Below, piece by piece: positions 1-9,215 of a stretch of 32,000 nt of DNA. Both the position numbers and the translations under genes were made by a program. The stretch is from Haloferax volcanii DS2 (GTDB taxonomy: Archaea; Halobacteriota; Halobacteria; Halobacteriales; Haloferacaceae), in assembly GCF_000025685.1 (NCBI RefSeq), contig NC_013966.1:390001-422000 (forward strand), in the 5' to 3' direction. A model generated the notes under the pieces. It saw only the letters and a program-made list of their open reading frames with translations. It ran no database searches and had not been told where the DNA came from. Positions within the stretch are counted from its first letter, which is position 1; each line of letters starts with the position of its first letter.

Positions 1-1035
1 CTTGAGGAGGTCGCCGTCAATCCAAGCGATTGAGCCCCCGCCAGCGCCGATAGTCCGAATGTCGTAGACGGGAATCATGAGTGGCTGGTGTTCGAGTGAG
101 GAGTCGTACTTCACCACGGGGGATCCGTCCTCAACGACCGCGGCGTCGAGGCTGGTGCCGCCCATATCGACCGTGATGAGGTTGTCGCGGTCGGTCACGC
201 GGCCGACGTGGGATGCGCCGATGAGGCCGCCGGCGGGTCCAGAGAGAATCGTGTGCGCGGGCGCGGATTTCGCGCTCTCTGCGGTGAGCGTTCCACCGCC
301 AGACCGTGTGACAAAGAAGGAGCCGTCGAAGCCGCCGTCACGAAGGGAGGCGTCGAGCGTGTCGACGTAGTTCTCGAAGATCGGTTTGATGTACCCGTCG
401 AGGACGGCGGTGCTGGTGCGTTCGTACTCACGGTACTCGCCGCTGATGTCGCTGGAGACGGAGACGCTGATGTCGGGGTAGGCGTCTTGGACGCATTCTG
501 CGGCGGCCTGCTCGTGCTGGCCGTTCTGGTAGGCATGGAGGAAGCAGATGGCGATGGAGTCGACATCCTGCTTCTCGACGAGGTATTCTGCAGCCTCGGC
601 GACGGCGTCGGTGTCGATCTCTTCGACGACCGCGCCGTCCGCGTCGAGGCGCCCGGGGACGCCAACGCGGCGGCGGCGGGGAACGATAGATTCGGGCTTC
701 TCATAGTTGATGTCGTACATCGCGGTCCGTTCAAGATTTGTCCGCCCGATCTCGTAGACGTCGGCGAACCCTTCGTTGGTGATGATGCCCGTTCTCGCGC
801 CGTCGCGTTCAAGAACGGCGTTGAGGCCGAGGGTAGTGCCGTGGACAAACGCATTTGCGCTTTCCAGATCTGCGTCAACTCCATTGACTGATTCGATGAC
901 ACCTTCTGATGGTTGGTTAGGTGTTGTCGCTGCTTTTTCGAGCGCGATATCTCGGGTCTCACGGTCAAACGTAATGGCATCGACGAACGTGCCGCCGATA
1001 TCCACCGCAACCCGTTGGGTGTTATCTTGACTCAC
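1..1035 (-). CDS. hydantoinase/oxoprolinase family protein (HyuA-like); N-terminal 345 codons, with the 3' end beyond the window start
   Basis: This ORF is not in the supplied track because it has a GTG start and runs off the edge. My translation of the reverse strand from GTG 1035..1033 gives VSQDNTQRVAVDIGGTFVDAITFDRETRDIALEKAATTP...FVHGTTLGLNAVLERDGARTGIITNEGFADVYEIGR...LITVDMGGTSLDAAVVEDG and stays open to position 1. It carries the DIGGTF and DMGGTS motifs and parallels the HyuA at 7167..9215. Track ORFs 195..1010(-) and 208..891(+) are other-frame shadows. Confidence 0.85.
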   Translation of the reverse strand, partial: MSQDNTQRVAVDIGGTFVDAITFDRETRDIALEKAATTPNQPSEGVIESVNGVDADLESANAFVHGTTLGLNAVLERDGARTGIITNEGFADVYEIGRTNLERTAMYDINYEKPESIVPRRRRVGVPGRLDADGAVVEEIDTDAVAEAAEYLVEKQDVDSIAICFLHAYQNGQHEQAAAECVQDAYPDISVSVSSDISGEYREYERTSTAVLDGYIKPIFENYVDTLDASLRDGGFDGSFFVTRSGGGTLTAESAKSAPAHTILSGPAGGLIGASHVGRVTDRDNLITVDMGGTSLDAAVVEDGSPVVKYDSSLEHQPLMIPVYDIRTIGAGGGSIAWIDGDLLK

Positions 1036-1211
1036 GATTCCACGTTTCGTGCAATCTGTTATAAGGTTTGCTCCGATATTGACGATTCGTTCCCTACTAC
1101 GCTCGAATCGAAACATCACACTCGATTTTTCGGACTCAAAGATTGTTTCAATGAACTCTATGTAGTATTAATACCGTGTCTTTATTGCACCCTAACTCAC
1201 ATGGTGATGGT

Positions 1212-2903
1212 ATGGTCAAGCGTGACAAGGGCCGTATCGACCGGAGATCGTTCCTAAAATACAGTGGATTGGCTGGTACTGGTATCACGGTTGCAGGATG
1301 TACTGGGAATCAGTCGGAAGAAACTACATCTGTTAATTCAGGTGGGTCAACGTCGTCCGGCAATAATCAGGCGACATCAGCTAACAAATCGTCGACTGAC
1401 TTCGAATATGTGACAACCATCACACCGACCTCACTCGATCCGATGAAGGGGTCGGACAACATCGAGGCCATCCTCCTTCACAACCTCTACGACCCACTCC
1501 TCTATTACACCGACGAGACGCCGCCAACCCTCCAGAACTGGCTCGCCACCGACTACACCGTCTCAGAAGACAAGAAGACGTACACGTTCTCGCTTCGCGA
1601 GGACGCGGCGTTCCACAACGGTGACCCCGTGACCGCTTCCGACGTGAAGTACTCTTTCCAGCGCATGATGGACATGCAACAGGGCTTCTCTTGGATGTGG
1701 TCCGGTCTCCTCGACCCCGAGAACGTCGAAGCGACCAACGAACACACGGTGAAGATGACCACGAACGAGGTCTTCGCGCCGTTCCCCTACACACTCCCCT
1801 TCTTCTTCATCGTCAACGAGAATGAGGTGTCTGGCAACGCCAAGAGCGACGGACAATTCGGTGAACACGGCGACTACGGAACTGAGTGGCTCGAAGACAA
1901 TGACGCAGGGAGTGGTCCCTATACGCTCACCAAGCGCGATCGTAAACAGCAGATCGTTATTGGTCGGAATACCGATTGGTGGGGGTCCTTCCCTGACGGA
2001 AACGTCTACGAGTCGGTTACGACAGAGATGGTTCAGGAGTCCGCGACTGTTGCTGGAATGATGAAGGAGGGAGCGGAGATGTCTGACCAGTGGCTCCCTC
2101 TCAAGACCTACGAGGAACTCGATGGAGTCGACGGTGTCTCGGTGAGTGCGAAAGCGACGTTCAACCCGTTCTACATCTACATGCATACCCAGCGTGAACC
2201 TCTCAACGACGTTCACGTCCGGAAAGCGATCTCGTTCGCGTTCGATAGCGAAACTGCCCTCAACGACGTGATGTCGGGCGATTCAAACCATCTGAACGGC
2301 CCACTTCCGAGCGCGATGTGGAGCCATACCAATGATCTCCCGACGTATGAGCGTGACCTCGAAAAGGCGAAAGCCGAACTTGAGAAGTCCGACTACAGCG
2401 CAAGTGACATCGATCTCACCTACACCTACGTCTCAGGGCTTTCCACCGAGCAGAACATGGGGCTTCTCCTACAGTCGAACCTCCAAGAACTCGGTGCGAC
2501 AGTGTCTGTCGAAAAAGCTCCTTGGACGAAGATCACACAGATGTGTACGAGCAAGGACACAACCCCGGATATGATGGCAGTTTACCTCTCCTTCAGCTAC
2601 GCCGACCCCGACACCTTCCTTTATCCCGCTTGGCACAGTTCCTCGCACGGATCGTGGACGAGTGCGGCCTGGTACGAGAACGACGAGGTCGATAGCCTTC
2701 TTACGGAGGGGCGTCAGACCATTGGAAAGGAGAACCGCATCCCGATCTATCAGCAGGCACAGAAACGCATCGCTGAGGACGCCCCCGCGCTCTTCGTCAT
2801 GAACCAGGCGACGCGGAACGCGATTGCGGACAGCGTGAAGGGATTCCAGGACAACGGCATCATCGGCTACCGCCAGTCCTTCCAGCGGTTCTATCAGGGG
2901 TGA
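1212..2903 (+). CDS. ABC transporter substrate-binding lipoprotein, peptide/nickel family 5 (DppA/OppA-like)
   Basis: The track ORF is 1176..2903, but I prefer ATG 1212. The N-terminus MVKRDKGRIDRRSFLKYSGLAGTGITVAGC combines a twin-arginine signal with a lipobox Cys. A Ser/Thr/Asn-rich linker follows, then a roughly 500 aa family-5 solute-binding body. It is the first gene of a 5-gene ABC operon. Confidence 0.9.
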   Translation: MVKRDKGRIDRRSFLKYSGLAGTGITVAGCTGNQSEETTSVNSGGSTSSGNNQATSANKSSTDFEYVTTITPTSLDPMKGSDNIEAILLHNLYDPLLYYTDETPPTLQNWLATDYTVSEDKKTYTFSLREDAAFHNGDPVTASDVKYSFQRMMDMQQGFSWMWSGLLDPENVEATNEHTVKMTTNEVFAPFPYTLPFFFIVNENEVSGNAKSDGQFGEHGDYGTEWLEDNDAGSGPYTLTKRDRKQQIVIGRNTDWWGSFPDGNVYESVTTEMVQESATVAGMMKEGAEMSDQWLPLKTYEELDGVDGVSVSAKATFNPFYIYMHTQREPLNDVHVRKAISFAFDSETALNDVMSGDSNHLNGPLPSAMWSHTNDLPTYERDLEKAKAELEKSDYSASDIDLTYTYVSGLSTEQNMGLLLQSNLQELGATVSVEKAPWTKITQMCTSKDTTPDMMAVYLSFSYADPDTFLYPAWHSSSHGSWTSAAWYENDEVDSLLTEGRQTIGKENRIPIYQQAQKRIAEDAPALFVMNQATRNAIADSVKGFQDNGIIGYRQSFQRFYQG

Positions 2904-2913
2904 ACACTCGGAC

Positions 2914-3933
2914 ATGGGATACCGAGATTTCCTGATTAAGCGAGGGCTATCGACGATCCCGATGTTCATCGGGCTGTCGATGCTCATCTTCACACTCGCA
3001 CGCGTCATCCCCGGTCGGCCAGCACGGCTCGCACTCGGCCCACGTGCGACCGACGAAGCCGTCCGGCAGCTCCGCCACCAGATGGGACTCGACCAGCCGA
3101 TCTGGCTCCAGTACATCAACTACATGACGGGCCTGCTCCACGGTGACCTCGGGCAGTCCCTCATCTCGAACCGTAACGTCGCAACGGACCTCATTCAGTA
3201 CCTCCCCGCGACCCTTGAACTCACGACTGTCGCGATGCTGATTGCGATTGCTGTCGGTGTGCCACTCGGCGTCATTTCCGGGCAACACAAGGATGCGGCG
3301 CCCGACAACCTAAGCCGATTGTTTTCCTTCTTCAACGTGTCTCTCCCACCGTTCTGGGCGGGCATTCTCCTCCAGCTAATCGTTGCCTTTGGACTCGGGT
3401 GGCTCCCCGCAACCGGGCGTATCGGCGACGTCAGTCCAATGCCGATTACAGTAACCGGTCTGCTCTTAGTCGATAGCGCGCTTGCATGGAATGTTGACGC
3501 GTTCATCAGCGCTGCCCAACACCTCGCACTCCCTGCGCTGACGCTTTCACTTGCGCCGATGGCAGACATCGCGCGGATGACGCGTTCTAGCTTCATTGAG
3601 GAGTATGACAAGGACTACGTTGAGGGTCTGCAGACGCATGGGATTCCTGACAAGCTTATTGCATACAAGTATGTCCTCCGAAAGTCCTTCGCATCCACTC
3701 TAACAATCATCGGCCTTGATTACGGTTTCCTCCTCGGCTCTGCATTCGTCGTGGAAATCGTCTTCTCGTGGCCAGGAATGGCATCCTATGGTGTGGAAGC
3801 GATTCTTCAGAAAGACATGAACGCAATGGTCGGTGTCACGCTCGTTGTCGGCGGGTCGTTCCTCCTCGTGAACTTCCTCGTTGACGTCCTCTACGGCTTC
3901 TTCGACCCCCGCGTGTGGCACGAGGGTGAGTGA
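2914..3933 (+). CDS. ABC transporter permease (DppB/OppB-type)
   Basis: The 339 aa product is a polytopic membrane protein with the typical DppB-like N-terminus (LIKRGLSTIPMFIGLSMLIFTL) and C-terminus (FFDPRV). It starts 11 nt after the SBP stop. Confidence 0.9.
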   Translation: MGYRDFLIKRGLSTIPMFIGLSMLIFTLARVIPGRPARLALGPRATDEAVRQLRHQMGLDQPIWLQYINYMTGLLHGDLGQSLISNRNVATDLIQYLPATLELTTVAMLIAIAVGVPLGVISGQHKDAAPDNLSRLFSFFNVSLPPFWAGILLQLIVAFGLGWLPATGRIGDVSPMPITVTGLLLVDSALAWNVDAFISAAQHLALPALTLSLAPMADIARMTRSSFIEEYDKDYVEGLQTHGIPDKLIAYKYVLRKSFASTLTIIGLDYGFLLGSAFVVEIVFSWPGMASYGVEAILQKDMNAMVGVTLVVGGSFLLVNFLVDVLYGFFDPRVWHEGE

Positions 3934-3940
3934 TTCCAAA

Positions 3941-4840
3941 ATGTCTCAAGACACAACAACAGCTAGCCGATTCGAGAAGCGTCGCGAAGACTTCGACCGA
4001 GTCGCGTATCGATTCCGTCAGAACCCGATGTCGATTGCAGGGCTCGCGATCATCGTTGCTCTCCTTCTAATTGCCGTGTTCGCACCATGGATCGCCCCTT
4101 ATCCGCAGGATGCCGGCTACCAAAGAGAACCCGCCGTCCACTTCGATGAGAAGTTTCAGTCGCCCAGCCTCACTCATCTCTTCGGCACCGATCAGGCCGG
4201 TCGCGACATCCTGAGCCGCGTACTCTTCGGCACTCGGCTCTCCCTCCAAATTGGTGCCGTGGTACTCGCTGGTGCCGTCGCAATCGGCGTTCCAGTCGGA
4301 CTCGTCGCTGGCTACATGGGGGGTGCTCTCGGCATGACCTTGATGCGAATCACGGATATCTTCCTCTCCGTCCCGCCGCTCGTCCTCGCATTAGGGGTGA
4401 GCGTCGCCTTAGAACCGAGTTTGACGAATGCCATGATTGCAATCGCTATAGTCTGGTGGCCATGGTACGCCCGGCTCACTTATGGAGAGGTGATATCAGT
4501 CAAAGAGGAGACGTTCGTTGAGGCGAGCCGCGGCGTCGGCGCGTCCTCGCTTCGGACGGTCTTCTACGAGATCCTCCCGAACGTCCTCGCACCGATCACG
4601 GTGAAAATGAGTCTCGACATGGGGTACGCGATCCTCGTCGCGTCCGCGCTTGGCTTCCTCGGACTGGGTGCGCAACCCCCGATCCCCGAGTGGGGGACCA
4701 TGGTGAGCCAGGGACGCGGCTATCTCCCCGCGCAGTGGTGGTATTCGACGTTCCCGGGGCTTGCAATCTTCGTCACCGTCCTCGGATTCAACTTCCTCGG
4801 CGATGGCCTCCGTGACATGTTCGACGTGGAGGTGCAGTGA
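3941..4840 (+). CDS. ABC transporter permease (DppC/OppC-type)
   Basis: The track ORF starts at 3881, but ATG 3941 (MSQDTTTASRFEKRREDF) lies just after the upstream stop. The sequence carries the DppC-type GTDQAGRDILSRVLFG motif and multiple TM segments. Confidence 0.9.
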   Translation: MSQDTTTASRFEKRREDFDRVAYRFRQNPMSIAGLAIIVALLLIAVFAPWIAPYPQDAGYQREPAVHFDEKFQSPSLTHLFGTDQAGRDILSRVLFGTRLSLQIGAVVLAGAVAIGVPVGLVAGYMGGALGMTLMRITDIFLSVPPLVLALGVSVALEPSLTNAMIAIAIVWWPWYARLTYGEVISVKEETFVEASRGVGASSLRTVFYEILPNVLAPITVKMSLDMGYAILVASALGFLGLGAQPPIPEWGTMVSQGRGYLPAQWWYSTFPGLAIFVTVLGFNFLGDGLRDMFDVEVQ

Positions 4841-5964
4841 TGACGGACACGCTGCTTAACGTCTCTGACCTCTCCGTCGACTTCGAGACCTACGAGGGGC
4901 GTCATCATGTCCTGAACGGAGTCAACCTCACGATTGAGAAGGGCGAAACCGTCGCGCTCGTCGGCGAGACGGGTTGTGGAAAAAGCGTCACCGCCCGGTC
5001 GATTATGGGGACGCTCCCCCGACCGCCTGGCGAGATCACGAGCGGACGGATCGACTACCGTGGGGCGGACCTGCTCGTCGACCCTACCGAGCACGAGCGT
5101 GTGAAGGGTGAGGAGATGAGTATGATCTTCCAAGACCCGATGACGTACCTCTCACCTGTCTACTCCGTCGGGTCGATGATGGCTGACGTCGCTACGTACA
5201 GCGGTTCGAACGACGCGTCCTGGCTGGACATCGCCCGGAACCTCCTCGGCCAGCGCGGCAACAAGAAGGAAGTTCGAGAACGCAGTATCGAACTCCTCGA
5301 ACGGATGCGGATCCCCGACCCCGAGGGGACACTAGAGAAGTACCCGGTCGAACTCTCCGGTGGGATGCGCCAGCGGATCATCATCGCGATGGCGCTGATC
5401 AACGAGCCGACGTTCCTGCTCGCGGACGAGCCGACGACCGCACTCGACGTCACTGTCCAGGATCAAATCCTCGACCTCCTCCGCGAACACGTTGAGGAGC
5501 GCGACCTCTCGATGCTCTACATCACGCACAACCTCGGCGTCGCGCGGAAGGTCGCCGATAAGATCTGCATCATGTACGCCGGCGAAGTCGTCGAGGTTGG
5601 CGACACCGAGGAGCTCTTCGACGCGCCGCTCCACCCCTACACGCGTGGTCTCCTAGACAGCATCCCGAAGCTCACTGGCTTCGATGGGGACGGCATCGAC
5701 GGACAGATTCCCGACTATACGGACCCGCCGCAAGGCTGTCGGTTCCACCCGCGGTGCCCCGCGGCAATCGACGGTGTCTGCGACGCTGAACCGCCTGAAT
5801 CCCCCGCGATCGAGGGCGACGACAGCGACCGTCGGGTCACCTGTCACCTCTACGACGATGAAATGACGCTCAACGACGCGGTCGCCGTCGCGACCGACGA
5901 ATCGACGTATGCAGACGAACCGTCGGCGCAGCAGTCGACCGTCGAGGCGGGTGGTGAACAATGA
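4840..5964 (+). CDS. ABC transporter ATP-binding protein (DppD/OppD-type) with C-terminal Cys-containing oligopeptide domain and acidic tail
   Basis: Walker A is GETGCGKS, the signature is LSGGMRQR and Walker B is LLADEPTTALD. The C-terminal segment reads CRFHPRCP...VC...CHL. ATG 4840 overlaps the permease stop (TGATG); GTG 4837 is an alternative start. Confidence 0.9.
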   Translation: MTDTLLNVSDLSVDFETYEGRHHVLNGVNLTIEKGETVALVGETGCGKSVTARSIMGTLPRPPGEITSGRIDYRGADLLVDPTEHERVKGEEMSMIFQDPMTYLSPVYSVGSMMADVATYSGSNDASWLDIARNLLGQRGNKKEVRERSIELLERMRIPDPEGTLEKYPVELSGGMRQRIIIAMALINEPTFLLADEPTTALDVTVQDQILDLLREHVEERDLSMLYITHNLGVARKVADKICIMYAGEVVEVGDTEELFDAPLHPYTRGLLDSIPKLTGFDGDGIDGQIPDYTDPPQGCRFHPRCPAAIDGVCDAEPPESPAIEGDDSDRRVTCHLYDDEMTLNDAVAVATDESTYADEPSAQQSTVEAGGEQ

Positions 5965-7064
5965 GATCCGAGCGAGCGACCGCCGGAGTCGCGAGTCAGT
6001 CCGACGAGCGTGACAACCCGCTGCTCTCCGTGCGCGACTTGGAGAAATACTATCCCGTCAGCGGTGGCCTGTTCAGCCGATCGACGTCGCATGTCAAGGC
6101 CGTCGATGGCGTATCCTTCGATGTCTACCCCGGCGAGACGTTCGCAATCGTCGGTGAGTCCGGCTGTGGGAAGACGACGCTCGGGAAGACCATCGCGCGC
6201 CTCTACGAGAGCACTGGCGGGTCGATTAGCTTCGACAGCCGAGAGATCACTGACCTCGACGGACGGGCGCTCCGTGCTCTCCGCCGCGACATCCAAGTCG
6301 TCTATCAAGACCCGTCGTCGTCGTTGAATCCGCGGCGCCGCATCGGCGATATCGTGAAGGAACCGCTCGTCGTGCACGATGTCGGTACGTCGACCGATCG
6401 GGACGAACGCGTCGCCGACCTTCTTGAACGCGTCGACCTCCCGGTCGACTTCCGCCACCGATACCCGAATGCGCTCTCTGGCGGCCAGCAACAGCGCGTC
6501 GCGATCGCCCGCGCACTCGCCGTCGAACCGAAATTCGTCGTGCTCGACGAGCCGACGAGCGCACTGGACGTGAGTGTGCAGGCGAAAGTCATCTCGCTGC
6601 TTGACGAGCTGCAAGAGGAACTTGGGCTGACTTACCTCATGATCAGTCACGACCTGAGCCTTGTGAAGAATGTCGCTGACCGGATCGGCGTAATGTATCT
6701 CGGAAACTTCATGGAGGTCGCCGACAGCCATCGCCTCTTCGAATCCCCCCGAAACCCGTATACCGAGCAGTTGCTCTCCGCCATCCCGGTCGTCGAATCT
6801 CATGAGCAGGATCTTAAACCGGACGCGGTTGAGGTGAGCGGCGGGACGCCGGACCCGGCGAATCCACCGAGTGGCTGTCCGTTCAATCCACGCTGTCATC
6901 GTGCGTTCGACGCCTGCAACGCTGTGAACCCCGAACTCGTCGAGGTCGAACCCGGCCACCTGACGCGCTGCCTACACGACTCCGGCCCGAAACAGGACGA
7001 CGTCGACGCTTATCTCGCCGGAGACCAGGCTGACAGGGAGGGAGTGGACGGCGACCGTGACTAA
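5961..7064 (+). CDS. ABC transporter ATP-binding protein (DppF/OppF-type)
   Basis: Walker A is GESGCGKTT, the signature is LSGGQQQR and Walker B is VVLDEPTSALD. The C-terminal segment reads CPFNPRCHRAFDAC...CLH. The start overlaps the upstream stop in an ATGA. Confidence 0.9.
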   Translation: MRSERATAGVASQSDERDNPLLSVRDLEKYYPVSGGLFSRSTSHVKAVDGVSFDVYPGETFAIVGESGCGKTTLGKTIARLYESTGGSISFDSREITDLDGRALRALRRDIQVVYQDPSSSLNPRRRIGDIVKEPLVVHDVGTSTDRDERVADLLERVDLPVDFRHRYPNALSGGQQQRVAIARALAVEPKFVVLDEPTSALDVSVQAKVISLLDELQEELGLTYLMISHDLSLVKNVADRIGVMYLGNFMEVADSHRLFESPRNPYTEQLLSAIPVVESHEQDLKPDAVEVSGGTPDPANPPSGCPFNPRCHRAFDACNAVNPELVEVEPGHLTRCLHDSGPKQDDVDAYLAGDQADREGVDGDRD

Positions 7065-7166
7065 CTTGCGCCGCTCGACGGTTACGGCGGCTGCCGGGCC
7101 GGCCATCAAGAGCGGAGCAACTGCGACCGAACAGAGACGCATCCGAACGACTAGCACCCACGACTC

Positions 7167-9215
7167 ATGACACAACAGATCAACCGCATCGCCATCGACA
7201 TCGGCGGCACGTTCACCGACCTCGCCGCCGTCGATGGCGGCACGCTCGAACTCGAAAAGACTTCAACTACACCGGCGAATTTCGCTGACGGCGTCCTGAC
7301 CGCCGTCGAGAAGAGCGCCCTCGACCCAGCGTCTCTCGACCAGTTCGTCCACGGGACGACCGTCGTTATCAACGCGATCACCGAGCGAGCCGGTCAGGAA
7401 ACGGCGCTGCTGACGACTACCGGCTTCCGCGACGTGCTCGACATCACGCGGGCGAACCGTCCGGACATGTTCAACTACCAGTACGAGAAGCCTGAGCCGT
7501 TCGTCCCCCGGCGACACCGCTGGGAAGTCGACGGACGCGTCGACCAAGCCGGGTCCATCCTCACACCGCTTGACGAAGATGGTGTCCGAGAGGCCGCTAG
7601 GGAGATGCGGGCGAAGGGACTCGACACGATTGCTGTTTGCTACGTCCATGGCTACGAGAATCCGGAGCACGAGCAGCGCACCCGCGAACTCATCGAGGAG
7701 GAGTACCCAGAGGCATATGTCACGCTCTCTCATGAGTTGACGAAGGAATACCGTGAGTACGAGCGGACGAACACAACGGTCCTCAACTCCTACGTCCGCC
7801 CAATCGCCGATGCGTACCTCGACAATCTCGAAACCCAACTTGACGACCGGGACCTTACCGGGAGTAAGTACGCGATGAAGTCGAATGCGGGCACGGCGAG
7901 TTTCGCGCAGGCGCGTCGCACGCCGGTGGAGATGGTGGAGAGTGGCCCCGTGGGAGGCGTCTACGGCGCTGCCCACGTTGGCGAGCAGATCGGCACGCCG
8001 GATGTCATCAGCTTCGACATGGGCGGCACCACCGCAAAAGCCTCGCTCGTCCAAGACGGGAACGTCACCATCGACACAGACTACTGGCTAGAATCGTCGC
8101 CCCGCGACGAGGGGTACCCGCTGAAAGTCCCAGTCGTCGACATCGTCGAGATTGGGACCGGCGGCGGGTCGATTGCGTGGACCGACCCCGGTGGCTCGAT
8201 CAACGTCGGCCCGAAGAGCTCTGGCGCCGACCCCGGTCCGGCGTGCTACGGGCGCGGCGGTACGAAGCCGACCGTCACCGACGCGAACCTCTTGACCGGT
8301 CGCCTCAATTCCGACTACTTCCTCGGCGGCGAGATGGACCTCAACGTTGACGCGGCGCGGGACGCTGTCGAACCCCTTGCCGACAAGTTCGGCACGACCG
8401 TCGAGGAGGCCGCGCACGGCGTCCTCCGCGTCGTCAACTCCAGCATGTCGAACGCGCTGAAGCAGGTGAGCATCCGCCGTGGACACGACCCCCGCGACTT
8501 CGCGATGGTCGCGAGCGGAGGTGCCGGCCCGCTACACGCCGCGACTCTCGGTCGCGAACTCGGCGTCGACGAGACGATCATCCCGCGTGCCCCCGGTCAA
8601 TTCTCCGCGTGGGGTATGTTGATGACCGACGTCCGGAAGGACTTCGCGCGAACGCACGTCACGTCCTTCGAGGTCAGCGCTATCGAGGAGGTCACGGCAG
8701 CGTTCGCCGACCTCGAAGAGGACGCGTACGCGGCCTACGAGCCCGAAGCGGAGGTCGACCGCGGAGATGTCGAACTCGAACGGACCGTCGACCTCCGGTA
8801 CGCTGGCCAAGAACACACCGTCAACGTGCCACTCACCGGCGACGCAGTTACACCGGACGCGGTCTGCGGGACAATCAAGCGCTTCCACAAGCGCCATGAC
8901 CAGACGTATGGCTTCCGACTCGACGACGACGTGGAAGTCGTGAACTTCCGACTCACCGCAAGCGTCCCGATGCCGAAACCCGAGGTTACGACTGTCGAGC
9001 GCAATGGGTGCCCAGAGGATGCTGTCAAAGAGACGCGGACGGTCGACTTCGGCACGGAAGGCGTCCACAACACGCGCGTCTACGAGCGCGACGCAATCCC
9101 CACGACGACGCCGGTTACCGGCCCCGCGGTCATCGAAGAGCCGGCCTGCACCACGCTCGTCCACCCGGACCAGGCCTTCGACGTCGACGAACTCGGCAAC
9201 ATCCACATCCAATAA
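7167..9215 (+). CDS. hyuA: hydantoinase/oxoprolinase A subunit (N-methylhydantoinase A / acetone-carboxylase-beta family)
   Basis: The 682 aa product has an IAIDIGGTFTD N-terminus, an FDMGGTTAK second phosphate-binding motif, and typical HyuA length and architecture. Confidence 0.9.
   Translation: MTQQINRIAIDIGGTFTDLAAVDGGTLELEKTSTTPANFADGVLTAVEKSALDPASLDQFVHGTTVVINAITERAGQETALLTTTGFRDVLDITRANRPDMFNYQYEKPEPFVPRRHRWEVDGRVDQAGSILTPLDEDGVREAAREMRAKGLDTIAVCYVHGYENPEHEQRTRELIEEEYPEAYVTLSHELTKEYREYERTNTTVLNSYVRPIADAYLDNLETQLDDRDLTGSKYAMKSNAGTASFAQARRTPVEMVESGPVGGVYGAAHVGEQIGTPDVISFDMGGTTAKASLVQDGNVTIDTDYWLESSPRDEGYPLKVPVVDIVEIGTGGGSIAWTDPGGSINVGPKSSGADPGPACYGRGGTKPTVTDANLLTGRLNSDYFLGGEMDLNVDAARDAVEPLADKFGTTVEEAAHGVLRVVNSSMSNALKQVSIRRGHDPRDFAMVASGGAGPLHAATLGRELGVDETIIPRAPGQFSAWGMLMTDVRKDFARTHVTSFEVSAIEEVTAAFADLEEDAYAAYEPEAEVDRGDVELERTVDLRYAGQEHTVNVPLTGDAVTPDAVCGTIKRFHKRHDQTYGFRLDDDVEVVNFRLTASVPMPKPEVTTVERNGCPEDAVKETRTVDFGTEGVHNTRVYERDAIPTTTPVTGPAVIEEPACTTLVHPDQAFDVDELGNIHIQ

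Noticed and set aside
195-1010. Long track ORFs 195..1010(-) and 208..891(+) at the left edge
   Set aside because: Their products are Ser/Thr/Arg/Pro-rich or Gly/Val/Asp low-complexity junk. A third frame on the minus strand (1..1035) encodes a clear HyuA-like protein. These are GC-driven shadow ORFs.
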